DNA of 56,082 nucleotides from Eubacteriales bacterium (GTDB lineage Bacteria; Bacillota; Clostridia; Oscillospirales; CAG-272), in NCBI GenBank assembly GCA_045637265.1, contig JAZTZC010000470.1:1-56082 (forward strand), in the 5' to 3' direction. The translations under genes and the position numbers were made by a program. Shown here piece by piece: positions 34,631 through 44,325 of the stretch. The first letter of the stretch is position 1. The number at the start of each line of letters is the position of its first letter. Below the pieces are notes generated by a model that had not been told where the DNA came from, made no database searches, and was given only the letters and a program-made list of their open reading frames with translations.

Positions 34631-37600
34631 TTATCCGTTTTTCTGCGTCTTTCGATACGCTTCCATAACCTTCTCCATGCCCTCAAGCAGTCCCATACCG
34701 CGCGGGAGCTTTGCATTGATGCACGGCTTCTCCCCGGCAGACAGGGTCAGCTTGATCGGCGGGACATAGGCTTCCTCGGCGGCTTTCTGTGCGGCGGTTT
34801 TGGGTGCGGTACCGGCAGCAGCTTCTTTGGCGGCACGGGTATTTCCGGCTGCGGCAATCGCGGCGGCACGGGCAAGCGGTGTTGCATAGCGCGGCGCGGG
34901 TGCTTTGGGCTTGGGTGCGGATTTGGCAGCTTCTGCGGCTGCGCGTTCCTCACCGGTCGGCAGGGCATCTGCCATTAAGAGCTTCGCTGTCGTCGACCAT
35001 GCCGAACCGTCAAAGTAGGCAGGGTAGAACGAAACTGTTGTCATCTTTGCCTCAATCCGCGCAAAGTGCAGAGCCGATGCCTGCGCGCGCAGATAGGCAA
35101 CCTCGACGAGGTTCTGCGCGGCTTTCGGCGGTGCACCGAAGCGGTCGGCAAGCTCGTCGAGAATGTCGGCTTTGTCCTCGGGCGTTTCAATCGCGGCGAT
35201 TTTTTTGTAAAGGTCAATACGCTGTGCACCCGATCGGACGTAGCGCTCCGGCAGATAGGCATCGAGCGAGATGTCGATGACAGACTCGGTTTTTGCCTTG
35301 ACCGTACCGCCCTGCTCCTCCAAAATCGCTTCGTTCAAAAGCTTGATATACAGATCGTAACCGACCGATTCCATATGACCGTGCTGTTCCGCACCGAGAA
35401 TGTTGCCCGCTCCTCGGATCTCAAGGTCGCGCATCGCAATCTTGAAGCCGGAGCCGAATTCCGTATATTCGCGGATCGCCTGCAGACGCTTGGTCGCAAT
35501 CTCCGTCAGCACTTTACCCTTGGGATAAGTGAAATACGCATAGGCACGGCGCGAGGAACGACCGATACGTCCGCGGATCTGGTGCAGCTGGGACAGACCC
35601 ATGCGGTCGGCGTTTTCAATGACGAGCGTGTTTGCGTTGGGAATGTCGATACCCGTTTCGATGATTGTCGTGGAGATCAGAATGTCGACCTCACCGACCA
35701 GCAGCTTCTGCCAGATATCGGAAATTTCTTCTTTGTCCATCTTGCCGTGCGCAATCGCAATCGATGCGTCAGGAGCCAGCTGGGAAACCCGCGCGGCACA
35801 GGAATCGATGTCCTCCACGCGGTTGTGCAGCCAGAAGATCTGACCGCCGCGGCGCAGTTCCTTTTTGAGTGCTTCACCGAGAATCAGCTCGTCGTATTCC
35901 AGCACGTACGACTGCACGGGAACACGGTCACCCGGTGCTTCGTCCAGAACACTCATATCGCGGATGCCGGACATCGCCATGTTGAGTGTTCGCGGAATCG
36001 GTGTCGCCGACAGCATCAGACAGTCGACATTTTCGGACATCTGCTTGAGCTTTTCCTTGTGCGCCACACCGAAACGCTGTTCCTCGTCGATGATGACAAG
36101 TCCCAGATCGCGGAACGCGACATCCTTGGAGACAAGACGGTGCGTACCGACGATGATGTCGATTTCCCCGCGTCTGACACGGCGCAGAATTTCCTCCTGC
36201 TGGGTCGGTGTGCGGAATCGCGACAGAATTTCGACATGCACGGGCAGTCCGCGGAAACGTGATAGAATCGTTTGGTAATGCTGGAGCGCCAAAATTGTCG
36301 TCGGAACGAGAATCGCAACCTGCTTGCCGTTTTCGACCGCTTTCATTGCGGCACGGAGCGCAACTTCGGTTTTGCCGTAGCCGACGTCACCGCAGAGCAG
36401 ACGGTCCATCGGCGTGGATTTCTGCATATCCGCCTTGATTTCGTCAATCGCGGTGACCTGCGAATCGGTTTCTTCATACGGGAACACCGACTCAAATGCG
36501 CGCTGCATATCGTCGTCCGGTGCAAACGCATATCCGGGACGGCGTAACCGAGCGGCGTACAGGGTAATCAGCTCCTTTGCCATGCTCTTGGCGGCGGCTT
36601 TGACACGGGCTTTCGTCTTGCCCCATTCCGTTCCGCCCATTTTGGAGAGCTTGACCGTACCGTCATCGGCATGCGCACCGATGTATTTGGAAATCATGTC
36701 AAGTTGTTCGCACGGCAGAAACAGCGCGTCAGCCCCTGCGTATTTGATCTTGACATAGTCGCGGCAGGTACCGTCCACCGCCGTGATCGTCTGGATGCCC
36801 ATGTACTGACCGATACCGTGGTTGACATGGACAACGTAATCCCCGACGGTCAGATCGGCATAGGACAGAATCCTCTCTGCCGCGGATTTCTTCTTTTTGT
36901 TCTTCTTTGCGCGTCCCGAAACGGCTTTCGCATAGGCAGAGTGAGTCGGATAGGTCGACAGCACCGCAAATCGCGATTCGGGCAGTTCAAATCCGAGCGC
37001 ATCGATGCCAAAGAGAATCATCGGAACACCCGGTGTCAGATCGGTCAGCGGAATGTCATGCGCACGGGAAAGATTCGTCGTAATGCCGTCATCAAACAGC
37101 GTATCGCGTAGATTTTTTGCGGAAAATTCGTTTTCAGCAAGCAGAAGCAGTCGATAGCCGCCGGAGAGATACCCGCGGACATCCTCGCACAGCGTTTCGT
37201 AGCTATCGGCGTAGGAAATCAGCTGCTTGGAGCGGAACGTGAAAATGCCCGAGAGCTTTTCCTTTGCGCCTGCCGTGAATGTATCGCAGAGCAGAGCCGG
37301 CGTGCGGTTGATCGCGTACGAAAAGTCCGCCTGCCAGCGCGTGTATTCGGCGTATTTGGATTGGATGGTGCCGTCCTCGAGCAGTGCGGTGATCGCCTGT
37401 CGGACGTGCCACTCGGACGAGGTCAGCCGCTCGGTGATCTTGGCTGTGTCAAAAACCAGTACGGGTGCGGTGATGCGCCCTCCCTCATTGTCGGCAAAGT
37501 AATCCAAAAGACATTCTTTTTCGGGATACAGACAGGTGATATATTTATCGAGGAATCCGGGTTCTGTGTTGCCGTCGAGTGCTTCCAGCTCAATGCGGAG

Positions 37601-38410
37601 TGCTTCGCGGCCGGCATCTGTCTTGCACGATTTTGTCTGCTTGGCAATCATCGCGCGCAGAGCCGTTTTCTGCTCAGCGGTCATCAAAACCTCTCTTGCG
37701 GGCGGCAAAAAGCACTCGGTGATCTGCTCGATTTTGCGCTGGGTCAAGGGATCAAAAATGCCCATCTGGTCGATCATGTCGCCGAAGAACTCCATACGGA
37801 CGGGGTTTGTGCCGTGGGCAGGGTAAATATCAAGAATACCGCCGCGCAGAGCAAATTCGCCGACGCCGTCAACAAGGTCACACCGCACGTATCCTGCATC
37901 GGAAAGCGCGGTCACGATGCCGTTCAAGTCGTAGTCGAGATCCATGTCAATGGTGAATGACCGCTCCTCCAGCACCCGGCGGGGAATCGTGTACTGCAGT
38001 GCCGCATCGGGAACGGCAAGTACCGCGTCACAGGTGTTTTTCTGAATGGCGCACAACGCCGCAAGCCTCTCGTGCTCATACTCACGGGAGGCGGTGACAT
38101 TATGAAAGATAAAGTCGCGCAGAGGATAGACCATGACGCGCAGTCCGGCTTCCGCAAGATCCGTCTGGATTTTCAGAAGCTCCTTTTCGTCAGACGGGAT
38201 GCACAGAACCGGTTTGTCGGGGGACAGCCGCCGCAGCTCTGTGACCATTGCCGCATAGAACATGTCGCGCGCACCCTCGGCAAGTCCTGTGATGAGCATC
38301 GGATGGGGATTGCGCTCCAACCTCTGCATACGGTACGTGTCGAGAATCGCGGTAAATTCTTTTTCCGCGCGGAGAATGTCATATAATAAGGTAAAATTGG
38401 TTTCGGACAT
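34631..38410 (-). CDS. mfd: Transcription-repair coupling factor Mfd
   Basis: 1259 aa with a UvrB-homology N-terminus, a CarD-like domain, superfamily-2 helicase motifs (GDVGYGKTEVA, DEEQRFG, QLHQIRGRIGR) and a TRCF C-terminus. Confidence 0.95.
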   Translation of the reverse strand: MSETNFTLLYDILRAEKEFTAILDTYRMQRLERNPHPMLITGLAEGARDMFYAAMVTELRRLSPDKPVLCIPSDEKELLKIQTDLAEAGLRVMVYPLRDFIFHNVTASREYEHERLAALCAIQKNTCDAVLAVPDAALQYTIPRRVLEERSFTIDMDLDYDLNGIVTALSDAGYVRCDLVDGVGEFALRGGILDIYPAHGTNPVRMEFFGDMIDQMGIFDPLTQRKIEQITECFLPPAREVLMTAEQKTALRAMIAKQTKSCKTDAGREALRIELEALDGNTEPGFLDKYITCLYPEKECLLDYFADNEGGRITAPVLVFDTAKITERLTSSEWHVRQAITALLEDGTIQSKYAEYTRWQADFSYAINRTPALLCDTFTAGAKEKLSGIFTFRSKQLISYADSYETLCEDVRGYLSGGYRLLLLAENEFSAKNLRDTLFDDGITTNLSRAHDIPLTDLTPGVPMILFGIDALGFELPESRFAVLSTYPTHSAYAKAVSGRAKKNKKKKSAAERILSYADLTVGDYVVHVNHGIGQYMGIQTITAVDGTCRDYVKIKYAGADALFLPCEQLDMISKYIGAHADDGTVKLSKMGGTEWGKTKARVKAAAKSMAKELITLYAARLRRPGYAFAPDDDMQRAFESVFPYEETDSQVTAIDEIKADMQKSTPMDRLLCGDVGYGKTEVALRAAMKAVENGKQVAILVPTTILALQHYQTILSRFRGLPVHVEILSRFRTPTQQEEILRRVRRGEIDIIVGTHRLVSKDVAFRDLGLVIIDEEQRFGVAHKEKLKQMSENVDCLMLSATPIPRTLNMAMSGIRDMSVLDEAPGDRVPVQSYVLEYDELILGEALKKELRRGGQIFWLHNRVEDIDSCAARVSQLAPDASIAIAHGKMDKEEISDIWQKLLVGEVDILISTTIIETGIDIPNANTLVIENADRMGLSQLHQIRGRIGRSSRRAYAYFTYPKGKVLTEIATKRLQAIREYTEFGSGFKIAMRDLEIRGAGNILGAEQHGHMESVGYDLYIKLLNEAILEEQGGTVKAKTESVIDISLDAYLPERYVRSGAQRIDLYKKIAAIETPEDKADILDELADRFGAPPKAAQNLVEVAYLRAQASALHFARIEAKMTTVSFYPAYFDGSAWSTTAKLLMADALPTGEERAAAEAAKSAPKPKAPAPRYATPLARAAAIAAAGNTRAAKEAAAGTAPKTAAQKAAEEAYVPPIKLTLSAGEKPCINAKLPRGMGLLEGMEKVMEAYRKTQKNG

Positions 38411-38554
38411 GATGGTTCCTTTCGGAATAGTAGAATAAGAGGCTCCCGCGCAGCGGAAACTGCCATTCTTTTGGAGTTAGGACTGGTTTTTCAACGCAAA
38501 ATCGTTGTTGTAAAACAAAGAAATCCACATAACGACGTGCATTTGCATACAGAA

Positions 38555-38730
38555 TAGAGTGATATGCTGACGTTGTCAGCGTGATATTTTTGCTTTGCAA
38601 AAGTGATATTGCTCACTTCGTTCGCAGTGGTATTATATTCGCCTGTTTCGCTCGCGCAGCGAATACCACTTCTGCGCAGCGGAAATATCACTGCGAAGCA
38701 ATATCACTCGCCAAAGGCGAATATAACTGA
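38555..38730. repeat. Dyad-symmetric array of GTGATAT/ATATCAC repeats in the pth-mfd intergenic region
   Basis: GTG(A/G)TAT at 38559, 38581, 38603, 38627. The inverse ATA(T/C)(C/A)AC at 38663, 38685, 38701, 38721. The flanking units (agtgatattgct..tcg..cagtgrtatt) are also inverted copies. The symmetry centre is near 38646. Confidence 0.85.
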
Positions 38731-38731
38731 T

Positions 38732-39367
38732 TTACTTCCCGCCGTTGCAGATTCTTGCGGCGAGATCGTAATCCTCTTTCAGTACCGCTTTTGTGCCCGC
38801 AATCAGATCGGGATGACGTGCGTCAACGGCATCCCCGTCAGCCATCGGCAGCTTTCCGAGTACCCAGTCTGCAAGATCGTATTCCGGCGTGGGCTTCTGT
38901 CCGACACCGATCTTGATGCGCGGAAACTCCTGCGAACCGATACATTCAATGATGCTCTTGAGTCCGTTGTGACCGCCGGCGGAGCCGTTCTTGCGGACAC
39001 GCAGACGACCGGGAGCGAGGGAAATATCGTCGGAGTAAACGAGAATATGATCGGGATTCAGCTTATAGAAGTTTGCCGCCTCCGCAACGGCTTTTCCCGA
39101 GGCATTCATATAGGTCTGCGGCTTCATCAGAATGACACGCTGACCGTCGATCACACCCTCGCCGATGAGCGCGTGATACTTTGCGCGATCGATTTTGCAT
39201 CCGATGGACAGTGCCAGCGCATCAATCGCCGCAAAGCCGACATTGTGGCGCGTGCGAACGTATTCCGTACCGTGGTTGCCGAGTCCGACGATCAGCCATG
39301 CGACCTGACCGTTCTTGGATGCGGGCGCGGATTCAATTTTCTTAAAGAGATCAAAAATATCTGCCAT
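38732..39367 (-). CDS. pth: Peptidyl-tRNA hydrolase
   Basis: LIVGLGNHGTEYVRTRHNVGF...GGHNGLKSI. I chose the start at 39367, which has AAAGGAAAC upstream. Confidence 0.93.
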   Translation of the reverse strand: MADIFDLFKKIESAPASKNGQVAWLIVGLGNHGTEYVRTRHNVGFAAIDALALSIGCKIDRAKYHALIGEGVIDGQRVILMKPQTYMNASGKAVAEAANFYKLNPDHILVYSDDISLAPGRLRVRKNGSAGGHNGLKSIIECIGSQEFPRIKIGVGQKPTPEYDLADWVLGKLPMADGDAVDARHPDLIAGTKAVLKEDYDLAARICNGGK

Positions 39368-39711
39368 GTGTTTGTTTCCTTTATCTGTTTCTTTGTTTGC
39401 AGACGACAAAAGGCGGAATGTGGGCAGGATACCCGCTTCCGCTGACGTGTCTGTTTGGTGTGTGACAATATTATACCGCAGATGCGGGAAAAATGCAAGG
39501 GGGTTGGCTTTGTATAGATATGAATAAACTGTTAATTATCCGTGAAAATACTTGTATTTCCCATGAAATATGTTATAATATTACAGTCGCATTTTGGTTT
39601 AAAAAAGGAGCCTTTGAAAAGAAGATTCCAAAAACACAGATGCGTTTTACTTATACAAAAACGCCGTCACCTGACTGCGTGAGACATTGAAAAGAAAGGA
39701 ATATTTCACCC

Positions 39712-40833
39712 ATGGAAATCCTGTATGAAAACCTTCTGCAGATGGACTGGCGCTATCTTGTCATGTGGGCAATCGGCGGCATCCTGATCTATCTTGCGAT
39801 CAAGAAAGATATGGAACCGACCCTGCTTCTCCCCATCGGTTTCGGTACCATTCTCGTCAACCTGCCCAACTCCGGCGCAATCACGCAGATTCACAACGGT
39901 GTCGCCGAACCCGGTGCGCTGTCCGTTCTGTTTGATGCCGGTATTGCAAACGAACTCTTCCCGCTGATTCTGTTCATCGGTATCGGCGCGATGATCGACT
40001 TCGGTCCGCTGCTCTCCAATCCGAAGCTGATGATCTTCGGTGCTGCGGCACAGTTCGGTATTTTCTTCACGCTGTGTCTGGCATCCATCTTCTTCGATAT
40101 CAACGACGCGGCATCCATCGCTATCATCGGTGCTGCCGACGGTCCTACCGCGATTGTCGTCGCAAACAAGCTCAACTCGCAGTTCCTCGCGCCCATCATG
40201 GTTGCGGCGTACTCTTATATGGCACTCGTGCCGATCATTCAGCCGCCGGTCATCAAGCTTCTGACCACCAAGAAGGAGCGTATGATCCGTATGCCTTACG
40301 AGGCAAAGGAAGTTTCCAAGATGACCCGTATCCTGTTCCCGATCATCATCACCGTCATCGCAGGTATTGTCGCGCCCGCATCCGTTGCGCTTGTCGGCTT
40401 CCTCATGTTCGGTAACCTGATCCGTGAATGCGGCGTCCTCAACTCCCTGTCCGAAACCGCACAGAAGGTGCTTGCAAACCTCATCACGATCTTCCTCGGT
40501 ATCACCATCGCATCCCAGATGTCCGCAGAAAAGTTCCTCAACGTCAACACGCTGCTCATCCTGGGCTTAGGTCTGTTCGCATTCATCTTTGACACGGCAG
40601 GCGGTGTCCTGTTCGCAAAGTTCCTCAACCTGTTCATGAAGAAGAAGATCAACCCGATGATCGGTGCGGCAGGTATCTCCGCATTCCCGATGTCCGGTCG
40701 TATCGTTCACAAGATGGGTCTGGAAGAAGATCCGCAGAACTTCCTGCTCATGCACTCCATCGGTGTCAACGTCTCCGGTCAGATTGCATCTGTCATTGCA
40801 GGCGGTCTGATTCTGAACTTCTTTATGGCGTAA
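39712..40833 (+). CDS. Sodium ion-translocating decarboxylase beta subunit (OadB/GcdB/MmdB family)
   Basis: 373-aa polytopic membrane protein. MEILYENLLQMDWRYLVMWAIGGILIYLAIKKDMEPTLLLPIGFGTILVNLP is the typical N-terminus of this family. Confidence 0.88.
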   Translation: MEILYENLLQMDWRYLVMWAIGGILIYLAIKKDMEPTLLLPIGFGTILVNLPNSGAITQIHNGVAEPGALSVLFDAGIANELFPLILFIGIGAMIDFGPLLSNPKLMIFGAAAQFGIFFTLCLASIFFDINDAASIAIIGAADGPTAIVVANKLNSQFLAPIMVAAYSYMALVPIIQPPVIKLLTTKKERMIRMPYEAKEVSKMTRILFPIIITVIAGIVAPASVALVGFLMFGNLIRECGVLNSLSETAQKVLANLITIFLGITIASQMSAEKFLNVNTLLILGLGLFAFIFDTAGGVLFAKFLNLFMKKKINPMIGAAGISAFPMSGRIVHKMGLEEDPQNFLLMHSIGVNVSGQIASVIAGGLILNFFMA

Positions 40834-40836
40834 GGA

Positions 40837-40869
40837 GCGTGAAAAATAAATTTTTCACGCGGGTTTTGT
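40837..40869 (+). terminator. Rho-independent terminator
   Basis: gcgtgaaaaat-aa-atttttcacgc followed by gggttttgtgg. Confidence 0.75.
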
Positions 40870-40964
40870 GGCTTTCATGCCTCACCGAGTCATGATTTTG
40901 CTCCGCAAAACCAGCCCCAATTCCCCAAGAAAGGAAGCTTTCGTAAACGAAAGCCAGAATAGTA

Positions 40965-41231
40965 ATGATGTTTTTTAAGAGATTTTTTCTGACGGCAACC
41001 GATGCTGTCACGGAAGCTGTCGAAACCGTCGCGGAAACTGTGGCTGAAACCGCAGAGGTTCTCGCTGAATCCGCGTTCACCTTCACCCCCGCAAACTTTG
41101 TTTCCAACCTGTATTACATGGGTGTCGGCATGCTGGCAATCTTCGTTGTCATCGGTGCCATCATCGGTATGGTTTACGCGCTCGACGTTCTCGTCCGTGC
41201 GTTCTCCATCAAGCTGCCGAAGAAGCAGTAA
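40965..41231 (+). CDS. Small membrane protein, OadG-like (decarboxylase gamma subunit-like) with an acidic repeat N-terminus
   Basis: NLYYMGVGMLAIFVVIGAIIGMVYALDVLVRAF resembles the OadG TM helix (GMG.VF..L). It is preceded by AVTEAVETVAETVAETAEVLAES. The RBS is weak and the start is uncertain. Confidence 0.5.
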   Translation: MMFFKRFFLTATDAVTEAVETVAETVAETAEVLAESAFTFTPANFVSNLYYMGVGMLAIFVVIGAIIGMVYALDVLVRAFSIKLPKKQ

Positions 41232-41246
41232 TTTGTTCTTTTCAAA

Positions 41247-41285
41247 ATCCCTTTCTGTCCTTATGGCGGAGAGGGATTTTTTTTG
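41247..41285 (+). terminator. Rho-independent terminator
   Basis: atccctttc...ggagagggat followed by a T8 run. Confidence 0.8.
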
Positions 41286-41376
41286 CGGTGAAATTGATGC
41301 TATCCCTTGACAATCCCCCGTTTTTCTGATACACTTTCCTCAAAGAAATTCTATATTGAGAAAGGAATGGATCACC

Positions 41377-43257
41377 ATGAACATCACCGAAAACAAATAC
41401 AACTTTCTGAAAACCGCCAAGCTTCAGCCCACCGGCTGGCTTTACAACCAGCTGAAAACCGAAGCTGACGGTTTGTCCGGCAACCTTGACAAAATCTGGC
41501 CCGATGTCCGCGATTCCCGCTGGATCGGCGGCAGCTGTGAGGGCTGGGAGCGTGTCCCATATTGGCTCGACGGCTTTGTGCCGCTTGCCTATCTTCTGCG
41601 GGATGACGACCGCATTGCACGCGCAAAACGCTATATTGATGCCATTCTTGCCGGACAGTGCGACGACGGCTGGATCTGCCCGTGTTCGGATGAGGAGCGC
41701 GCAGGTTACGATATGTGGGCGCTGCTGCTGCTCACCAAGGTGCTCGTCGTTTATGCCGACTGCGAACCCTCTTATGCCGACCGCATTGAAGATGCTGTTT
41801 CCCGTGCGATCAGACAGGCGATCGGTCATCTTTCCGAACATCCTCTGTTCAACTGGGGCAAATACCGCTGGTATGAGGGTCTGATCGCGGCGTATTGGCT
41901 GTATGAGCGCACGCACGAGGACTGGATTTTAGACTACTGCGATCTGCTCCACGATCAGGGCAAGGACTACAAAAAGCTCATCGACGAGGAATTTGAGCAG
42001 TACAAGACACCTGAGCGCAAGTGGCAGTGGGATACGCACGTCGTCAATCTGTCGATGGCAATCAAGGCGGAAACCCTGTGGCAGAAGCGGCTGGGCGGTG
42101 ATATTTCCGACTGCGATTCCCGTCACATGTACGAAACGCTGATGCAGTACCACGGCATGGCAAACGGTCACTTCACGGGGGATGAATGTCTGGCAGGACG
42201 CGCACCGATTCAGGGCACGGAGCTATGCGGTGTCTGCGAGGCGATGTATTCCGATGAATGGCTGATGGCGATCACGGGCAATCCTTATTGGGGCGATATC
42301 CTTGAGCGTCTTGCGTTCAATGCACTGCCCGCAACGATTTCTGCCGATATGTGGACGCACCAGTATGACCAGCAGATCAACCAGATCGGCTGTGCACCCG
42401 ACATTACCGCGTGCGTCTTCGGCACCAACGGACAGGAAGCAAACCTCTTTGGTCTGGAACCGAACTACGGCTGCTGTACCGCGAACATGCCGCAGGGCTG
42501 GCCGAAGTTTGCGCTGTCCTCTGTCATGAAAAATGACGATGCGCTTTTCATTGCATCCCCTGTCCCGATGACCGTGAACACAACCCTGCACGGTACACCC
42601 GTCAAGCTGGAAATTTCCGGCGGATATCCGTTCCGTGATACGGTCAAGATCACTGTCACCGCCGACGCACCGACCGAATTTGCGCTGGACATCCGCGTTC
42701 CCGGCTTTGCAAAGACCGCTGTTCTGGACGGGGAAGCACTGACCCCCGGTACGGTTGCTTCTGTCCGCCGTGTCTGGCAGGGAACAACGGAGATGACGCT
42801 GAGCTTCGGTTATGAAATCAAGCTCGAATCTGCGTTGTATGAAGACCTTCTGTGCATCAACCGCGGCGCGCTGCTGTATTCCGTCCCCGTTTCTTATGAA
42901 AAGATCATGCGCGAATATACCCGCGGCGGTGTGGAGCGCAAGTTCCCGTACTGTGACTATATGCTGATTCCGACCTCCGACTGGGGATATGCATTTACCG
43001 ATGAAGACTTTACCTACATCGAATGTGCGCCGATTCCCGATGACAGCGCCGCCTTCGATCAGACAAAGCCGTGCGTGAAGATCACCGCAAACCTCGCACC
43101 CATCGACTGGGGCAAAGAAGACGGCTTTGCGTTCGTCTGCGCACGGATGCCCAAGTCCCGTGAAATGATCGGTGAGGCGGTCAAGGTTGATCTGATTCCT
43201 TACGGATGTACGGATCTGCGCATGACAGCAATGCCCAAGGTCATGCCGAAGGTATGA
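41377..43257 (+). CDS. GH127/DUF1680-like beta-L-arabinofuranosidase family protein
   Basis: LQPTGWLYNQL...CEGWERVPYWLDGFVPLAYLL.D is characteristic of the DUF1680 family. I chose the start at ATG 41377. Confidence 0.75.
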   Translation: MNITENKYNFLKTAKLQPTGWLYNQLKTEADGLSGNLDKIWPDVRDSRWIGGSCEGWERVPYWLDGFVPLAYLLRDDDRIARAKRYIDAILAGQCDDGWICPCSDEERAGYDMWALLLLTKVLVVYADCEPSYADRIEDAVSRAIRQAIGHLSEHPLFNWGKYRWYEGLIAAYWLYERTHEDWILDYCDLLHDQGKDYKKLIDEEFEQYKTPERKWQWDTHVVNLSMAIKAETLWQKRLGGDISDCDSRHMYETLMQYHGMANGHFTGDECLAGRAPIQGTELCGVCEAMYSDEWLMAITGNPYWGDILERLAFNALPATISADMWTHQYDQQINQIGCAPDITACVFGTNGQEANLFGLEPNYGCCTANMPQGWPKFALSSVMKNDDALFIASPVPMTVNTTLHGTPVKLEISGGYPFRDTVKITVTADAPTEFALDIRVPGFAKTAVLDGEALTPGTVASVRRVWQGTTEMTLSFGYEIKLESALYEDLLCINRGALLYSVPVSYEKIMREYTRGGVERKFPYCDYMLIPTSDWGYAFTDEDFTYIECAPIPDDSAAFDQTKPCVKITANLAPIDWGKEDGFAFVCARMPKSREMIGEAVKVDLIPYGCTDLRMTAMPKVMPKV

Positions 43258-44192
43258 TTGTCAGCGCAAGCCGCCGCACCGATATTCCCGCGTTCTATTC
43301 CGAATGGTTTTGGAATCGGCTACGAGAGGGGTATGTCCTTGTTCGCAATCCGATGAATCCGCACCGTGTCAGCCGAATTTCGCTGCATCCTGATGTTGTC
43401 GATGGATTCGTGTTCTGGACGAAAAATCCGATGCCGATGATGGATAGGCTCGAGCTTCTGCGCGATTACCCGTACTATATTCAGTTTACGCTGACACCGT
43501 ACGGAGACGATATCGAGCAAAATCTGCCGTCGAAAAGAGAAGTGCTGATTCCCGCCTTTCGCCGTCTGTCCGAGCGGATCGGCAGGGAACGTGTCGTTTG
43601 GCGGTATGACCCGATTCTCATCAACGACAGATATTCGTCAGAGTATCATATCAGGGCATTTCGTGCCATGTGTGACAGTCTCGCCGGGCATACCGATACC
43701 TGCGTCATCAGCTTTCTTGATCTCTATCGGAACATCCGGGGCAGAATCGACCCGCTTGGCATCCGACCGCAGACCGCATCGGAAGCAGAAGAAATTGCCT
43801 GCCGCTTTGCGGAAATCGCACGGGAATATGACCTGTCAATCAACACCTGTGCCGAGGACGGGGACTACAGCCGATGGGGAATCGGACACGGTGCCTGCAT
43901 CGATGCCGCACGTCTGTCCCGCATCGGAGGGATTCCGCTTGTTGTCGGTCATGACAAAAACCAGCGCGGCATGTGCGGATGTGCCGAGAGTATTGACATC
44001 GGTGCATACCATAGCTGTGGGGGCGGCTGTGTCTATTGCTATGCCAATCACAGTCCATCCCTGACTGCACGCAGTATCGCGGCATACGATCCGTCATCGC
44101 CGCTTCTATGCGGGAATATCACGGCGGAAGATGTGATCTCCGAGCGGGAAATGAAGTCGTGCAGGGTGGAGCAGATTTCGTTGTTTGAATGA
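43254..44192 (+). CDS. DUF1848 domain protein
   Basis: MIVSASRRTDIPAFYSEWFWNRLREGYVLVRNPMNP...VFWTKNP plus a C-terminal Cys cluster CGCAESIDIGAYHSCGGGCVYCYAN. ATGA overlap with the upstream stop. Confidence 0.8.
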   Translation: MIVSASRRTDIPAFYSEWFWNRLREGYVLVRNPMNPHRVSRISLHPDVVDGFVFWTKNPMPMMDRLELLRDYPYYIQFTLTPYGDDIEQNLPSKREVLIPAFRRLSERIGRERVVWRYDPILINDRYSSEYHIRAFRAMCDSLAGHTDTCVISFLDLYRNIRGRIDPLGIRPQTASEAEEIACRFAEIAREYDLSINTCAEDGDYSRWGIGHGACIDAARLSRIGGIPLVVGHDKNQRGMCGCAESIDIGAYHSCGGGCVYCYANHSPSLTARSIAAYDPSSPLLCGNITAEDVISEREMKSCRVEQISLFE

Positions 44193-44325
44193 CGCTGTAG
44201 AAAATCAATACACAAGGGAGGACGGTACAAAAAATTACCGTTCTCCCTTATTTTACATGACTTGTTCACATCTTTGTGGTAAAATAATATCAACGATCAA
44301 ACAATATCCAAAGGAGACTTTTACA

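Noticed and set aside
35066-36262. 398-aa plus-strand ORF inside mfd, and similar ORFs 44833..45822, 46852..47949, 48353..49141, 49322..50887 and 53656..54273
   Set aside because: They are antisense shadows of mfd, pepF, argG/argH, the hydratase and the URO-D family gene.
39640-39690. 16-codon uORF (MRFTYTKTPSPDCVRH) in the oadB leader
   Set aside because: There is no Shine-Dalgarno at a suitable distance and no obvious attenuator logic.
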